A stretch of 248,000 nt of DNA, from NCBI GenBank assembly GCA_951406725.2, contig OX597823.1:38212001-38460000 (forward strand). Direction: 5' to 3'. This document shows positions 179,000 to 194,600 of the stretch, in pieces; within the stretch, counting starts at the first letter, position 1, and every line of letters begins with the position of its first letter. The translations under genes were made by a program, and so were the position numbers. The notes beneath the pieces are model-generated. The model was not told where the DNA came from. It worked only from the letters and a program-made list of their open reading frames with translations, and did no database searches. The stretch comes from Octopus vulgaris. Taxonomy: Eukaryota.

Positions 179000-180555
179000 G
179001 GACAGTTTGACTGAAAACTGGTAAGTTGGAGTTTGGGGCCTGTACCAGGTTACAATCTGATTTGGCTAGATTTCTATAACTGGATGCCTTTCCAATGCCA
179101 ACCACTCTTAGAGTGTAGTGGGTGCTTTTTATGTGCCACTGGCATAGGTGCCATTGACCTGACACTGGCATCAGCCGCAACTATGGTCTCACTTGGCTGG
179201 ATAGGTTAACACAAGCGCAGTATATTGCCAATGGTCTTGGTCACCTGTCACTGCCTCCATGAGGTTTCACTTGGTCTTCACAAGCACAACATATTTCCCA
179301 ACAATTGAAGAGTGCTTTTAATGGGCCAGTTACATGACACTGGCATTGGCCACGACTATGATCTCACTTGGCTTGATGTCATTGCCTCCGTGAGGCCCAA
179401 TGCATGAACAGTACTTTTTACATGCCACTGGCATGGGTGCCAGTCAGACGGCACTGGCATCGGCCATGACTATAATTTCACTCAGTTCGACAGGTCTTCA
179501 CAAGCACAGCATATTGCCCAATGATTGAAGGGTGCTTTTAGTGGGCCAGTTATGCAACACTCCCATCAGCCACAACTACGATCTCACTTGGTTTGATGGG
179601 TCTTCTCAAACATGGCATATCTCCAAAGGTCTAAGTCTTGTCATTGCCTCTGTGAGGCCTAACATTCGAAGATCATGCTTCACCACCTCATCTGGTGTCT
179701 TCCTGGGTCTACCTCTTCCACAGGTTCCCTCCACCATTAGAGTGCAACACTTCTTCATACAGCTGTCCTCATCCATACGCATCACATGTCCATACAAGTG
179801 CAGTTGTCTCTCTTGTATACCATATTTGATGCTTCTTATGTCCAACTTCTATCTCAGGACACTTACACTCTGTTGTGCATGCATACTGACATTACACATC
179901 CAGTGGGGCATACTAGCTTCATTTCTTACAAGCTTACACATGTCCTCAGCAGTCACAGCCCATGTTTCACTGCTGATGGCATGGCTGTTTGCACACAAGC
180001 ATCATACAGTCTGTTTTTCACTCTTTTGTTACCAGCAGAGGTAGGAGCTCTCTGAACTTTGCCCAACCTATTCTTATTCTACCAGCTATGCTCTCAGAGC
180101 ATCCACCCCTGCTGCTGACTTGGTCACTTAGATAATAGCAGCTATCAACTACTAGTTTTTCCCTTGGCATGTAATGGAATCTATTTGTGCATTTTCAGTG
180201 TTTATTGTACCTGTGCACCTTCCATACAAAAAAAAAACTATTTTTCCTGTTAACCTTCCTCTGATATTGCTGCACCTCTTATGTGTCCATAGCTTACACC
180301 GGGTACATCTTATGGAGTTTCTACCTATACCTTTTCTACAGATCAAGCAGGGATTTGTGATTTGTCTGCTTTCCTACTTACTAAGACTTTGGTTTTTTGC
180401 TAGGTTAAATCTAAGGCCCTTCAATTCTAGATCTTGTTTCCACACCTGAAACTTCTTCTCTTGTTCTGGTAGTGATTCAGCTATAAGAGCAAGGTCATCA
180501 GCATAGAGGAGTTCCCAGGGGTAACCTGTCTTGAATTCCTCTGTTATTGCCTAGA
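179000..180555 (-). mobile_element. RTE LINE 3' half with tandem 3' UTR units
   Basis: GYPWELLYADDL, RKGIGRNSIRCTRC, GRGRPRKT.DEVVK. Confidence 0.88.
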
Positions 180556-183500
180556 GGCAAGTATTTGTGCACTGATTATAGTATTTCTGTTGGTTGGTTT
180601 GGTTAGATACGTTATGGTAGCTAATTTGGTGCATCTAACTTTTGAGGTAAATTTCTAACAAGATAGAATGTGTAAGAAATACATCTGGAGCCAATGAAGG
180701 ACCAGTAGTTGTTATTTAGCTCCAGGTCAACACTTCACTATGAAAATTCCATCTTTTTAGATACATCTGTGACTACACTATCCATTATTATCCTTCCTTG
180801 TTTTAGACAGTGAACTTTGATTTGTTAGAGGTTTGACTGTTATTTCTTGTGACCATGTGCAAACAAACTACCAATAATATCCTTTAGTTACATCACTTGA
180901 TTTCAATCTTTCTCCTTAAGAATGTTAAAGAAAACAACACAAGTGAAATAATCAACATTGTTGTTTTTAGTATTCTTTTTTATCAAACAAAGGCCTGTTT
181001 ATTAACTTTTGTAAGAGAAAGGTAGTATAGACAGTTGAATCAGCCTGAAAAATAAAAATAACAATGTTGATGAATGATAATAGGTCAACTTTCTCTTGGG
181101 GTTGGTTTATACGCAATACATTATATCAAAGAGTGTGAGTAGGCTGATGATGGTTTAGTTGTTAGAATACCTTTAAACCAGTTGAGAGATTTGTAGTTGG
181201 TATCCTCTTATCTTCTACTGTTTATTTGTTTCAGTCATTTGACTGTAACCGTGCTGGAACACCATTTTGAAGGGTTTTAGTCAAACAAATCAACCCAAGG
181301 ACTTATTTTTTTAAGCCTAGTATTTATTCTATTGGTCTCTTTTGCTGAAGTGCTAAGTTTCAAGTGCATAAATACACCAACACCAATTGCTAAGCAGTGG
181401 TGACACACACACAGTGGGTTTCTTTCAGCTTTTGTCCACCAAATCCACTCACAAGGCTTTGATCGGTCCTAGGCTATAGTAAAAGACACTTGCCCAAGGT
181501 GCCATGCAATGGTACTGAATCTAGAATCAAGTGATTAGGAAGCACACTTGTTACTACACAGCCATGCCTATGTTATTCATATTATATCAATAGTCAAGAT
181601 GATTTAGCTCCTAAAGACTATGTTTGCCTATCTTACTTTTGCTGTTGTTTTGCTCTCTGGTTACTCCTGATTCAGAAACCTATGAGCAAAAACATTTCAG
181701 CCTTGATCACGTGGTCTCTTTGTATATCAGGATCTAAATAAGTTCATCTTTTCTTTTTTTGATATATGGTAATGGTTTTTGAGAGACATTTGGTTGTTAC
181801 TTTTAATCTAGCAACAAATCATGTGGAGGCTTTCTTCTAAGCCTATATCATCAGTGGTGTTACAGTATTGTAATTGCCTTTTTTTTAAAACATGAAAATA
181901 TACTTTGAACAAAGTTTACTTGCTACTTTTTATTTTGACGCATTAAAATACTTGCCATCAGCTTGTGATTATTTGAAATTCAATTTAAATATGATTACAG
182001 AATGATTATGAAACATCTGGTCCAGCTTTTACTGCTTCTACCATTTTCACCAATCTTCCTACAAAACAATCCATTTTTTTTACTGTAATATGATTTTAAA
182101 ATATACTTATCTTGCGTTTAGCAAATGTTTATTTAAATACTTAGGGAATTATGTTAATATACATTTACTTGCTAATTTAATTTGTTTTATTTTCTAGTTA
182201 AATTGATTACTGTACTTATGAGATTTTTACTGTATTAATTTGAGCAGGTTTTGCTTTCTATTGTTCCTGAGATTTGTAGTTCTTTAGAAGTTTATCTGTA
182301 TTTTTATTTTCCCAGGGAGAGTATAATCCACTTCAGTTCCATGTGTTGCCCAGCTTGCTTAATAGATCTAAAGAAATTCACTTGTTTTTCTTATTTTTCT
182401 GTTAACTCCCCCCACTCCCACCACTACCACTGTCTGTGATAAATCCATAGAAGTGGTGATAAAGCAAGCACATGTAGGTCTGCTGCTGTAAATCCCTAGA
182501 TGGCCCAAACATAGAATGGACTAAGGGTGCATCACACTCCTACTTGAAATAAGTGTTTGAACAAAGTGAAGATGGAGCAGTAAGCACATTATTTGGTTTG
182601 GCCTGACTTTCTCTTGTAATGTTAAAACCAATATGCACATAATTTTTTATTGTATTCAAATATTCTCTTACTGGTCTCGATAGAAAAGTTTGCTAGTTTT
182701 CAGAAGATAAGGATTACAAACAATACAATATATTTCAATTATTTACAGTATATCTAATTTGTTGAGGTTTGATATCTTATAGTTTGTTTCATTCTAACAA
182801 TTCCCTTTCTAAAATGTTGTGTTATTTAAAATTTCCTTATTGACACTAGACTACTATTCTAAGCTTTATATATATCAATTTTTTTTTATGGAAATATCTT
182901 CTGTTCTTATCAGAATTTTTGAAAAGTTATAAAATTTGAATTAAGAATTTTATAAAAAATCTAACAAGCTTATTGATTTTATTGATCACCTAACAGAAAT
183001 GCTTGCCAGCAAGATAATTTGATTTGAATTTGCATAACACTCTTAAATAACAAATCCTTGTCCTGGAAATTCTCTCACTGGTAATTTATAAAGAAACTCT
183101 TCTTTCCAATGTTGTAGAAATATATAACCAGTTTTGAATTGTGATGAGTTGGTGTAACATGTCAAAAGAAAACTTCTCAACATCAACATGAGATATTTAG
183201 ATAAGTGTAGGAGATAAAACAACAGCAAAAAAGGACTACTAGTACTTTAGTCATTGACATTTCTGCTTTAAAAAGTAGTCATGGTGTAGATTTCAATAAC
183301 TGATTTTTCTGATAACTCTTATGAGGAAATACAATATGTTGATATTCTTTTCTTTAATATTTGTTAGCCTGCATAGGAGGAGCAGTACTTATGAACTGCA
183401 CAGTTCTTAACAGATTAGCAAAGCAAATTTTTAATAGCAACAGGAGGGAGAGAGAGAGAGAAATGACACTGTTCAGTGGAAATTTGGTACTGGAGGAGAA

Positions 183501-186500
183501 CAGGCAAGTCTATCAGGTAGTGTGTCTTACTTTTGGAATGTCTGTGTGAGGGGTGGTGGCTGTGTGATGTGTACTTTTAACAATGTATTAGTTGCCTGAA
183601 CTTGTTTAGAAGTCTTTTATAACTCTAAAGACATTTACAACACTTCATTGTGATAGAGAAAAGTTTGTTATGAAAATAATATGGGGTAACTTATGAGCTG
183701 AGAAAAGGGGAGAGAGAGAGAGGGTGGGGAGAGAAAGAGAGAGAGAGGGGGAGAGAAAGAGAGAGAGAGGTTGGGGAGAGAAAGAGAGAGATAAAATTTG
183801 TAGCAATTATAGTTGTTTGGATAATATTTTGAGAGCTGCAAGCTGAAGATTTATTTCCTGAGATATCATCCCCCCTCCTCACCCCCTCCACCACCATCGT
183901 TTGCAGAGAGTAAATAGAGCATATTGTATGTCTGCCCAATGGGGATGTACAGGTATGGAGAAGATGTTAAAGTTATGTGTGGAAACTGATGGAGATATGT
184001 TGAAGAATACCAATGAAATAGGATTAAGAGTAGCTTAAAGTGTCAGCAAGTAGACCATTGGAGAATTTTGGTGCTGTACTTCAGTCTATGAATTCCATCA
184101 ATACAAACTGCAAAAGCTTCTAATTGGTTCTGCTTTTTATACTTGACACGGTCAATGGTTTTCCTAGTGTCACAGATAGCATTGATTTCCCTAAAGTTTA
184201 CAAGTATCAGCGTTCTTTCCTACCTTTGTATTTACAAAATTCTGATTTTACTGACCTTGTACTGGTAGGTTTCTGAAGAGAGACAGAGATTCAAGATAGT
184301 GTGGAGGAGGTGATAATTTTGAATGATTGTTTCTACCATCATCATTTAGCATATATGTTCTATGCTAGCATAGGTTGGATGCTTTGACAGGATCTGATGG
184401 GCCCATTGAACTCCACTGTCTGCTTTGACATGGTTTCCATAGTTTAATGCCCTTCCTAATGCCAACCACTTTACGGCATGTACTGGATATTTTTTGCATG
184501 TCACCAGCTGTAATAAAGTCACTAAACAGCTTGCAAGACTACTAGTGGTGGGTCGTTTTATGGTAGGAATAAGGAGTAAAAGTATGCGAGAAGACGCCTA
184601 ATTTTCTAATTTCTTTATTTCTTACCACATTACCAAAAGTATTAAATTAAATTTTATTGGTGTACATTTTCAAATTGAATTATATTCGATGTCATTATAT
184701 TTTATAAAGGCAGTGAACTGATAGAATTGTTAGCACATTGAGCAAAATACTTAGTGGAATTTCATCTGCCTTTATGTTCTGAGTTCAAATTTTGCTACGG
184801 TCGACTTACAGGGCTGATAAAGTAAGTACCAGTCAAGTACTGGAGTTGATATAATCGAATTACTCCACTTCCCCGAAATTATTGGTCTTGTGCCAAAATT
184901 TGAAACCAATATTCTGATTAAGATGGTGAGCTAGCAGAATCATTAGCACGCTGGGAAAAATGTTTAGCAACATTTTGTCTGTCTTTACATTCTGAATTCA
185001 AATTCTGCAGAGTTCTATTTTATCTTCCATCCTTTCGGGATTGATAAAATAAGTACCAGTTGAACACTGTGATCAATGTAATCATCTTACCCCCTGCCCC
185101 AAAATTGCTGGCCTTGTCTCAAAATTTGAAATCAATATTCTGCTTCTATGTTCTGAGTTTGTGACATTGATGTGTCCTAAATTTGTGACTTTGATGTGTC
185201 TGTATTAGAAATGATTATCTATATTTTATGATATTTATATATCATATATTTTATACGTCTATTATTTTATTTAAGGCAGTTGGACTGGCAGTGGTATTTA
185301 GTTAATGCCTTATGATATTTAGTTTAAAACCCTTTACATTCTGAGTTTAAATCCTGCTGAAGTTGATGTTACCTTTCATCCTCCCAGTTAAATAATGATG
185401 TTGAGATAATCAATTCTTCCTTGCCTCCCACCACCTACATTTCTGGCTGTGTGCTTGTGTAACAAATTATATTCTATGATATTTTTAATTCTGGGTTTTT
185501 AATCCCTCACATCCACATCTTAGATATTGATTTATTCTAGCAGATTAGAATCATTTTCCTTCACAAGTGAATTTTTTGCTATAAAAAAATCTGTGCTTTA
185601 TTGAACAGAGAACAACTTTAGTTGAATTTCATGTTGTGTTAATATAACAAAGAGTAGAGTATTACTTTCTTTTTTTACATATGTGGAAGAATGGTACAGC
185701 TGAGTAATTTGTATGGGTTTATTAGCTTTGCATTGATGTGGATTGTTGAATAAGCTTTATGAAGATATTTGTTTCGAATCATCATTTAGCACCTGCATGG
185801 GTTGGATAGTTTGACCAGATCTGACAAGCCAGAGGACTGTGCTGAGCTCTTATGTCTGCTTTGGCTTGATTTCTATGGTTGGATGCCCTTCTTAATGCCA
185901 ACCACTGCACAGTGTACTGGGTGCTTTTTGTAGTCACGAAGTAACTTGTAATATAAGACCTCCTCAACTGAGTGTGGATGTAGTATTGCGATAGATAATT
186001 TTATGTCAAGTGTTGAGGGGTTAAAGTATGATTGGGAAACAGGAACAGGTGTCTAGCTGAAGAGAAGATAAATGACTTCCCCAACATGAAAGAAAAGAGG
186101 TGGTGAGGGCAGACTCCCGTGTACAAATTGAATATAAGAGAGAAAATAGAGAAAGAGGATTAGAAAGGGTGGGTGGATATGTATGTTTGTGATAGAGTGA
186201 CAGATGGTTAGCGATGGGGATTAGAGGTGGGTACAGTGAATGGGGCAGTTTATTCTTTTAAAAGAATACAAGGACAGAATAAGAGTCTGCTGTAGCTTTA
186301 CAGAAGAAAGGTAATACATTTTGTTTAAAGGGGAGCCCATCAGAGTGGTTTTAAAAAAAAAAAAAAAATACAGCTAAAATAATGTCAGTAAAAGATTTTT
186401 TTTCTTTTTGATACACATTTTAAATACGGGTCATATAAATGAAACATCTTTCAAGGTGATTCAATTGACTGCTTATAAAGTAATACAAATTTGAATGTTT

Positions 186501-186561
186501 TCCAATTAAATGAAAGTTTAGCTTATTAAGCTTAATGTGTGAGGGTTATTCTATTATATTA

Positions 186562-186604
<43 letters not shown>

Positions 186605-189240
186605 CATCATTATTATTATTATTATTATTATTATCATCATACAGAAGATCTGAAGTTATTTTTACTATCTAGGCAAAGATATTATTTACTAGAAAAACTA
186701 GAATTGTCTGGTAAGGAAAGTAAATGAGTGGAAATAGTAGAGTATTGTTTATACCAATAGCTACTGCTTTATCAGTGCTGAACATTGCCAAGATCGCTTT
186801 CATTTTAAAGTCATCAAATGTTATGATTGGCATTGGAACAAATTTTGGAGATAAGAGAGAGAGAGAGTGACTAATACACTGGACATGGAGTTTGTTGGTT
186901 CAAATAAGTGGATACAGAAAAAGTGTTAGTTTTAGAAAGATAATAGTTTGCCATACCAGTAACGGTTTGTCAACATTAATAGTTGAGAAAAATTTGAGCT
187001 TAAATGAATATGTAGCCAAAGGAAGAGAAAGAGAGAGAAAGAGTGGCAGGAGGGGCAGATAAATATGTTTTAAATATGGCTATGTTTTCTTTTCTATTAT
187101 TTTGGACAATGTTTTGGTTGTATTTCTTGAGAAAAAAATTGCACATATATAATGTGAATTGATTGATCTAGTTCTCAGAAAGCAATTCTATTTCGATGGA
187201 AACACAGAACTAAGTGAAACTATTAATGGAATTTAGGGGAAATATTCATATCTCCATTATAATATAGAACAGTCTTTGTTTTGTTTTTGTGGGTGCAGCA
187301 GATTTTGTTTTGTTTTGATTGTCAGCATTTTTATTAATAGAGCTTCGAAAAAAAATTTTATATTTGGTTTTCTTCCCATTCTTTTTCTATCTTCCTTTGT
187401 CCATTTGTTTCTTTTTTTTTCTGCTTCTTTATCTTTATACCTCACTCTTCATCAAAACTGACCATTCAAGACAGTTGCCATTTCTGTGCTAACTATTCAG
187501 GATCATATATATGTGTGTGTGTGGAATTCCATTGGTTACAATAATGATAGTACCAGTTTATCTGAGCAACGGAACAGCTTGCTCATGAAATTAACATGTA
187601 AGTGGATGAGTGCTCCACAGACATGCATTTCCTTAATGTAGTACTCAGAGAGATTCAGTATGACACAATGTGCAAAGGCTGGTCCCTTTGAATTACAGGT
187701 GCAACTCATTTTTGCTAGCTGGGTAGACTGGAGCGACATGAAATAAAGTGTCTTGCTTAAGGACAGATGCACTGCCAGAAATCAAACTCGCACCCTTGCA
187801 ATCTCCAGCCCAATACCCTAACCACTAAACCAGCTGTCCTCCTTGATTACCACATTAACTCTTTCATGACTAAATTTCTGTGATTTTTGGTTGAATTCTT
187901 GATTATATTTTAGATTAATACAAAATAATGAAGAATTTGGTTGTCATTAGTGAAATAGCTAATTTTCAGATTTATTTCTATCTTAAGCTAGTTTTGGAAC
188001 AATTTCATAAAAACTTTTTGCATAGAATTGTCAAGGTAGATTATGATTTAAGTATGAATTCTTTAAAACAATTGGTTTATAAGGCCAGTTAATATCAAAA
188101 AGTTTAAACACTTTGAGCAAGCTCCTCTTCTCTAGAGGTGTACCTCCTGGAAGTTCTTTTGCACCCATATTGTCCATCCCACATATAAACTTCAATAATT
188201 CAAATAAAAAAATGAATTACTCTAATCACTGTCTACATAAATAAATTATATGTGTGTGTGTGTGTGTGTTTCTGTCTATCAAACCCATTCATACGATCTC
188301 AGTTGGGCAAGTCTCTCCTGAGACTTGCCCAAGGTATCACATTGTGGGACTGAATCCAAGACCACATGGTTGGGAAGCAAACATAGACATGCCTGTGTAA
188401 ATAATTGATTGCTTTAATCAGTTTTGATCATTATTGCTAAGTGGACTAGAAACATTCATGATACTGTTACTTAAGATAGTATTTTACTAGGTTTAAATTT
188501 CTTCTACTATCTAGTTTATTGGTTCCATTTCAATTTAATCACTTTGCTAAATGGAAGTGTAATCCTATTTGTACTAATTGCATTAGAGAATAGTGCAATT
188601 CCTAGAGATAGTCAAAAGAAACCTCCTAAACCAAATTAAAGATGATTTTTGAAAGAAAATAAATTTAGAATACGTAAAGTGTACTAGCCATCTGAATGTG
188701 GCTAGCCACTGGGGGTGGGGTGTTACTGACGCTTTTAGCCCCAGGAGATCGACGTCTCCAGCTGGCCTTAGACACAATTTCAGAGAATAACTATCGGTCT
188801 AATAGTAAATGACTATTAAAATCTTACATTTATTTAAATGCTTCCTTTAGTGTCATTGGTTATAATGTTCTGATGAGTCAGTTATGAATTCACTATATAT
188901 CCCATGGTTAGAGTGGCATAGGAGTGTTTTTTCAACTCAGGAACAATAAATACTGCAAGGTAATTTTGTTTGACATGTTGCAGATTGGCAGTTTTTGCAC
189001 TGATGTGTGTATTCCCTGTTCCTACACACAATGGGCTTCTGCAAATTTCACTTACAAACCATTAATCAGCCCAAAGTCATGGGCTTAAGTTTACTGCACC
189101 GTAATGATGCTTGCTTCCCAACCACATGGTTCCAGGTTCAGTCCCACTGGGTGGTATCTTGGGTAAGTGCTTTCCATTATAGCCTCAGGCTGACCAAAGC
189201 CTTGTGAGTAGATTTGTTAGACAGAAATTGTAAGAAGCCT

Positions 189241-189280
<40 letters not shown>

Positions 189281-189490
189281 GTTAATCCAAACAAGAAAAC
189301 AAAAAAAACACAACAACGCAAGGACGTGGAACAAATAAAGTATTATTGGACGCTCAGGAAAGAAGGGAAGAAGGAGGGTTTAACGTTTCGAGCGGAGCTC
189401 TTCATCGGAAACATAGGAGAAGGAAAGATCCCGAGAAGGGAAGACAGAGGAAAAAAAATCGCCGGTGGTACTCATGAGGTCACATACTGA

Positions 189491-189523
<33 letters not shown>

Positions 189524-191534
189524 AAAGGTGTCAATACATTATTTCTAAAGCCTACATTTTCTCACTGCTACTTAGTAAAATGTCAGATCTTACAGTATGT
189601 TGTTTATTTTTGGCCATCAGTTTAATATATTGCCTAACAAAATCTCTAAGTATTGATTAATAGCATAACTTGATAATCCTCTTAGCTTTCACTGTCCAAT
189701 GACATTTTCTAGTACTATAGTGGGATTTACATAATCACTAGAAGTATTGTTCTTAGAAACTTTAGTCATTGATGAACATAGCTACACTGGTTTGATTATT
189801 TAATCTGTTACAATTGAGAACAAATCATTCTATTTGGACTTTCTGTATATACTTAAAGGTAAGAACAGATTGCTTCAACTACAGAGTTGGTTTTCCAGTT
189901 CAATTTGTTGTTTTTAAAAATATAGCTTTAAAATAATACAAACTAATGATGCATTTTTGTAAAAAATATTATTTCTTTTCGATAAAGTGTTTATTTAAAA
190001 AACAAAACAATTGAAATTGACTATTTCACATTTATGTCATCTCGCTTTATGTAAACACTGCTGTTGCTGCTCACACAATTCTGCACTTTAAGCACATTCG
190101 AGAATTCCTTTGTTTAAATTATTAAATGTTTAGTTCTTTATTACTAACAATAAGGAGGAGAAATAGAAGAGATAATTTGCTGCTATTATAGAAAATTGCT
190201 ACTTGTAAAGTGCAACACAACTCAAACAATTCTATTGCTCTTGTGCTCATATTATATCTAATGGCTATTTTGAATAAGAAAGCTGATTATTATTATTTAC
190301 ATAATTTAAAAATTAAATTAAGATTATTTATCTGATTAAAATATTCTCCTTAACCAGGGCAGTAATTTCATAAACAACTTTTCAGCATAACACAATTTTT
190401 TAAAAATTAGTTTAGAATATGATGTCATTAGTTTAACTATATATTTTGTGAGGAAACTGTTACCAATAGTTGAGAAATTTTAATATATAATAAAGTATTT
190501 ACATAATAGACCATTTCTGTCACAGTCTGTTCAAAATATTTACCTTGAGCAGAAAACACCTTTGCTAGTTTTACTCCTCTCAAATTCAAAATTTTGTAGA
190601 AAGTTATCTTATTTAATGTTTTCTGTTTTATACTTGTTAATACCATTTGATATTAATATGCTATGTATTTAATAATCGTTGATATTATAGTTCTTAACAT
190701 TTCTGCTTTACTTTTTCATTCTCAGTATTCTTTTTATGAATTTACTTAGTATTATTTTCAATGATTCTTCTATGTTTAAATTAAGATTTCAAAATTAACT
190801 TTCTTAATCAGTTTAGTATTGTTAATATTTTGATTTTCAATTTAATCAAATCACTGCTGTTTTGATATATTGATTGAAAGGAATTTATTTTTAATCTTTA
190901 GATTCATCAGGAAATTTTACTAGTTTCACACTAAAATTTAATGGTGAAATTTAGTCATATTTAAATACTTCAATTCTATTTTGGTTCTGTTTTATTTAAC
191001 TTCTTAGAATTCTACTTTAAAATGAATGAAACGACTTATTTACTTCAAAAATTGTTTATTCTAACAATTTATAGCCTTCTAAAAATACATCATCTTACAG
191101 AAGCAATATTTGTGAGAGTTTTTGTAGTTTTTTTTTAAAATGTTCCCATCTGTTTAATTATCAGATGTATCTATAACAGAATTGACAACCCTTCAAAATT
191201 ACAAGACAGAAATTATAGATCCTTACATATAATAGAAAAAACATTTTAAAATTCTATTTTTTAATCAATTATGTGAAATTTAATTGGATTAATGAATCAA
191301 CAATAAATTTCTATTTGAAGATATCTTTTGAAAGGTGAGATAGAAGAATGTTTAAAAATGGGTTCATTACTTTTTAAGATAAAAGTTTAAATTCAATAAG
191401 ATTCTGTAGTTGTACATTGTATAGATTTTACTGTTCAGTTATTGTACTGTTAAATATGAAGCTATCAATCTTTTTTTGTTATCTACATTATGTAGATTTG
191501 TGACGTGAACTGTTGAGATGCTCAGCTCAGTATC

Positions 191535-191621
191535 ATGGACTTTTTGGAGTACAGCAGTCCTCTGACCTTGGAGTCTTTAACAGGGAATACTGCAGTCTTT
191601 CTGTCATCAGTATTCCAGGCT
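191535..191621 (+). CDS. Candidate alternative first coding exon (MDFLEYSSPLTLESLTGNTAVFLSSVFQA)
   Basis: ATCATGG start, 87 nt open, phase-0 donor GCT|gtatgt, GC-richer island in AT-rich intron; no homology support. Confidence 0.3.
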
Positions 191622-194600
191622 GTATGTATTATATGCACACTAGCAATAGATTATATCTGTATTAAATATGATATGTAGGCACAGAAAATGAGAGAGCAGT
191701 ATAGAAAAAAAAGATTTTATCTTCTTTCCTGTTGTCCTTTTCAACTATCAACTTCATTATCTATCTAAACCTTGTTTCCAATTTGTTTTTGTAAGTCATC
191801 AATCTCGAACTGAAAAGTGAAATTGCTTAAAGACTAGTACAGATAACTTTTCACTTGTATGTAGAACAGTTTCTACTACCTAAATTAAAAATCCAATGCT
191901 AATCCCATTAAACTGATTTAGTATGCTGATTGAAAGTGCTTAAAAAAACTAGGGCAACATGTCTAGTGTCAAAGGAACTGTAAATATGATAACTGGATTA
192001 CATCGAAATTTAATATTATTAGATTTGTCCTCATTGAATCCACTTTATATATACCAATATCTTTATTTTAGTCTTCTAAAATTTAATCTAGTAGTTCTGT
192101 GAAATCACGCCTAGTTACCTTTATCTTCAGTGTTTACTGTTAATTTATTAAAATGCATATAAATGTTAGAGTTTTTCATAGATTCCCATGGGTGTCTCTC
192201 TTTAATCTTTCAAAACTAATCAATATAAAATTGAACACACATTTGTGTTGTGCTATGGATAGCTTGGTTTTTAATATTAATTTTTAGTGTTTTAATGCAA
192301 AATAAATTACCATCATATCTATTCTTCATGCAGACATGGGTTGGATGGCTCAACAGGAGCTGGCCAGCTGGAGAGCTGCCTGGGCTCCATTTGTCTGTTT
192401 TGTCATATTTTCTATGGCTGGATGCCTTTGTTAATGCCAATCACTTTACAGAGTGTACTGGATGCTTTTAATGTGGCACCAGCATGGGTGCTTTGATGTG
192501 GCCTCAGCACCTGCGAACCTTCAAGTGCAAGATCTATCAGTTGAGAGAGGAATGTACCTGTATGTATGGAAGGCTATGATTTTACATAGCTTGATGTGTC
192601 TTCTCAAGCACTAAAAGCCACCAGAAGTCTTGATCCTTTGTGATCTCCCCTGTGAAGCCCAATGTCTGAAGATTCTTTTTCATCATCTCATTCCATTTCT
192701 TCCTGGGTTTTCCAAACATTTCCTCCACAATTAGAGATTAGCACTTCTTGATGCAGTTGTCCTCATCCATATGCATCACATGACAATACCAGTGCAGTCT
192801 TCTCTCTTACACACTATATCTGATACTCATGTACCCAATTTTTCTCTCAGATCATTTATACTCTGTTGTACATGCATACTGACATTACCCATCCAGCAGA
192901 GATGATGAAAATATTTCAAATAGTGCTTATATAAAGTAATGATAGCTTAATTTTTAATTACATACAAATGAATGGACAGGTACTTATCCATCTGTAAGCA
193001 AAGCAATGTTGTTTCACTCTCAAGTAACATTTATTTCATCATAGAATAGTTGGTGCTAGAAAGCATATACACTTGAATAAGAAAATATTTGCCTTGAACA
193101 GAAGATAAGAAAAATAGACACAAATATTAATTATTTGAAATTATTTTCTTATAGTGCAGTTATTATTTTAATTCATTGATGGATTCTATTGATATGTATT
193201 GATTTTCCAGTATCCATTATCGTTGCTAAAATTACCATGATAATACAAGCAAAGTATTAGTGGAAAACCAATATAAAATAGGTTTATTTTGAATCCTTAC
193301 TATTGAATTCTGAACTTATAAATACTATACAATCTTAGATATAATTTTATCTATTTTTATTACATATTTTGCATCTATATTTGAATTTAGTTATTTCAAA
193401 TATTTAAAAAATTAAAAAATTTTTCTATCTTCTTTCTCTCCCTCCCTTTTAAAAATTGTGAAATTATCTGATAAATATGATTAATTTAATTTCTGTAATT
193501 TCAGAATTACCATAGTAACCAACCCAGACATTGTTTTTAGATATCACATAAGATAGGGCACACAAACTGCTGCTCATAAGAATGAAATGTTTATCACTCT
193601 GTCCTTTAGTATGTTATTCTAGCAAAAGATTTAAAAGATGTTCTTGGTTAACTGGGTGTTACTATCTATGTAATTTTATAAATTAACATGTTTTTATTTA
193701 TGATTTTATAAAACCTTGTATTTTACACTGATATATTCAAACTAGTGTCTCCATCTTAATATTAAAATTACAGTATTATAGTTGTTGTATGGCAGCAAGA
193801 CATGGACATTAAACATCACTATAATGAATGCATTGACACAGTGCATGGTGGATGCATCATACTTGAGATCACTGTGCGATTAGAAGAGAAACATTTGGAT
193901 CCAACAGCAGACAGGAATTGATGACATCATCACTACTCTCAAGAAGAGCACAGTCAGGCCAATCACATTGCTGGATTTAAGGACAACAGGTGGATGATAT
194001 GAGTGACAAAGTGAACTCTGAAAGAATGGACTAAATCATGAAACAAACCAAAGGTGAAATAGCACAATGATATTACCTACCACCTGGGACTTGTACAAAC
194101 AAGATTGGTCAGAGATAGATGTTGGTGGAAACAGTCTTAGGAGAAGTTCCTCAATCTAAAGTGATATTAGCCCTAGAATGCATGAATAAATGACTTCTTT
194201 GGTCTTCTTTAGTTACAATGGTTGAAATAAAATGAAACTATAGTAGTCAAAACAAGGTGACTATTGGTCCAACAATACCAATGTATAATAATGATACTTC
194301 CTTGTTTTGGAAATTCAGACCAAAATTTTATAAATCCAGTTCAGGATTTATTTAAGATGGTGTGAAATATCATTGTAGCTGGCATGTCTTAGTTTAGCAT
194401 TCAGATTAATTCTGTCAAATGTAATCCTTATTTATTCATATTGTTTTGAATTAATCATAGATTATCATGTAGCTTTGAGATTTCAATGATGCAATTGATT
194501 ACATTTAGAATGACATTTTAAGTGAGATGCAAGAGGCTGGATCTGGCTGGTTTTAACATAAAACAGGCAGAATATTTGTGCCAGATATGGCCAGTTTAAA

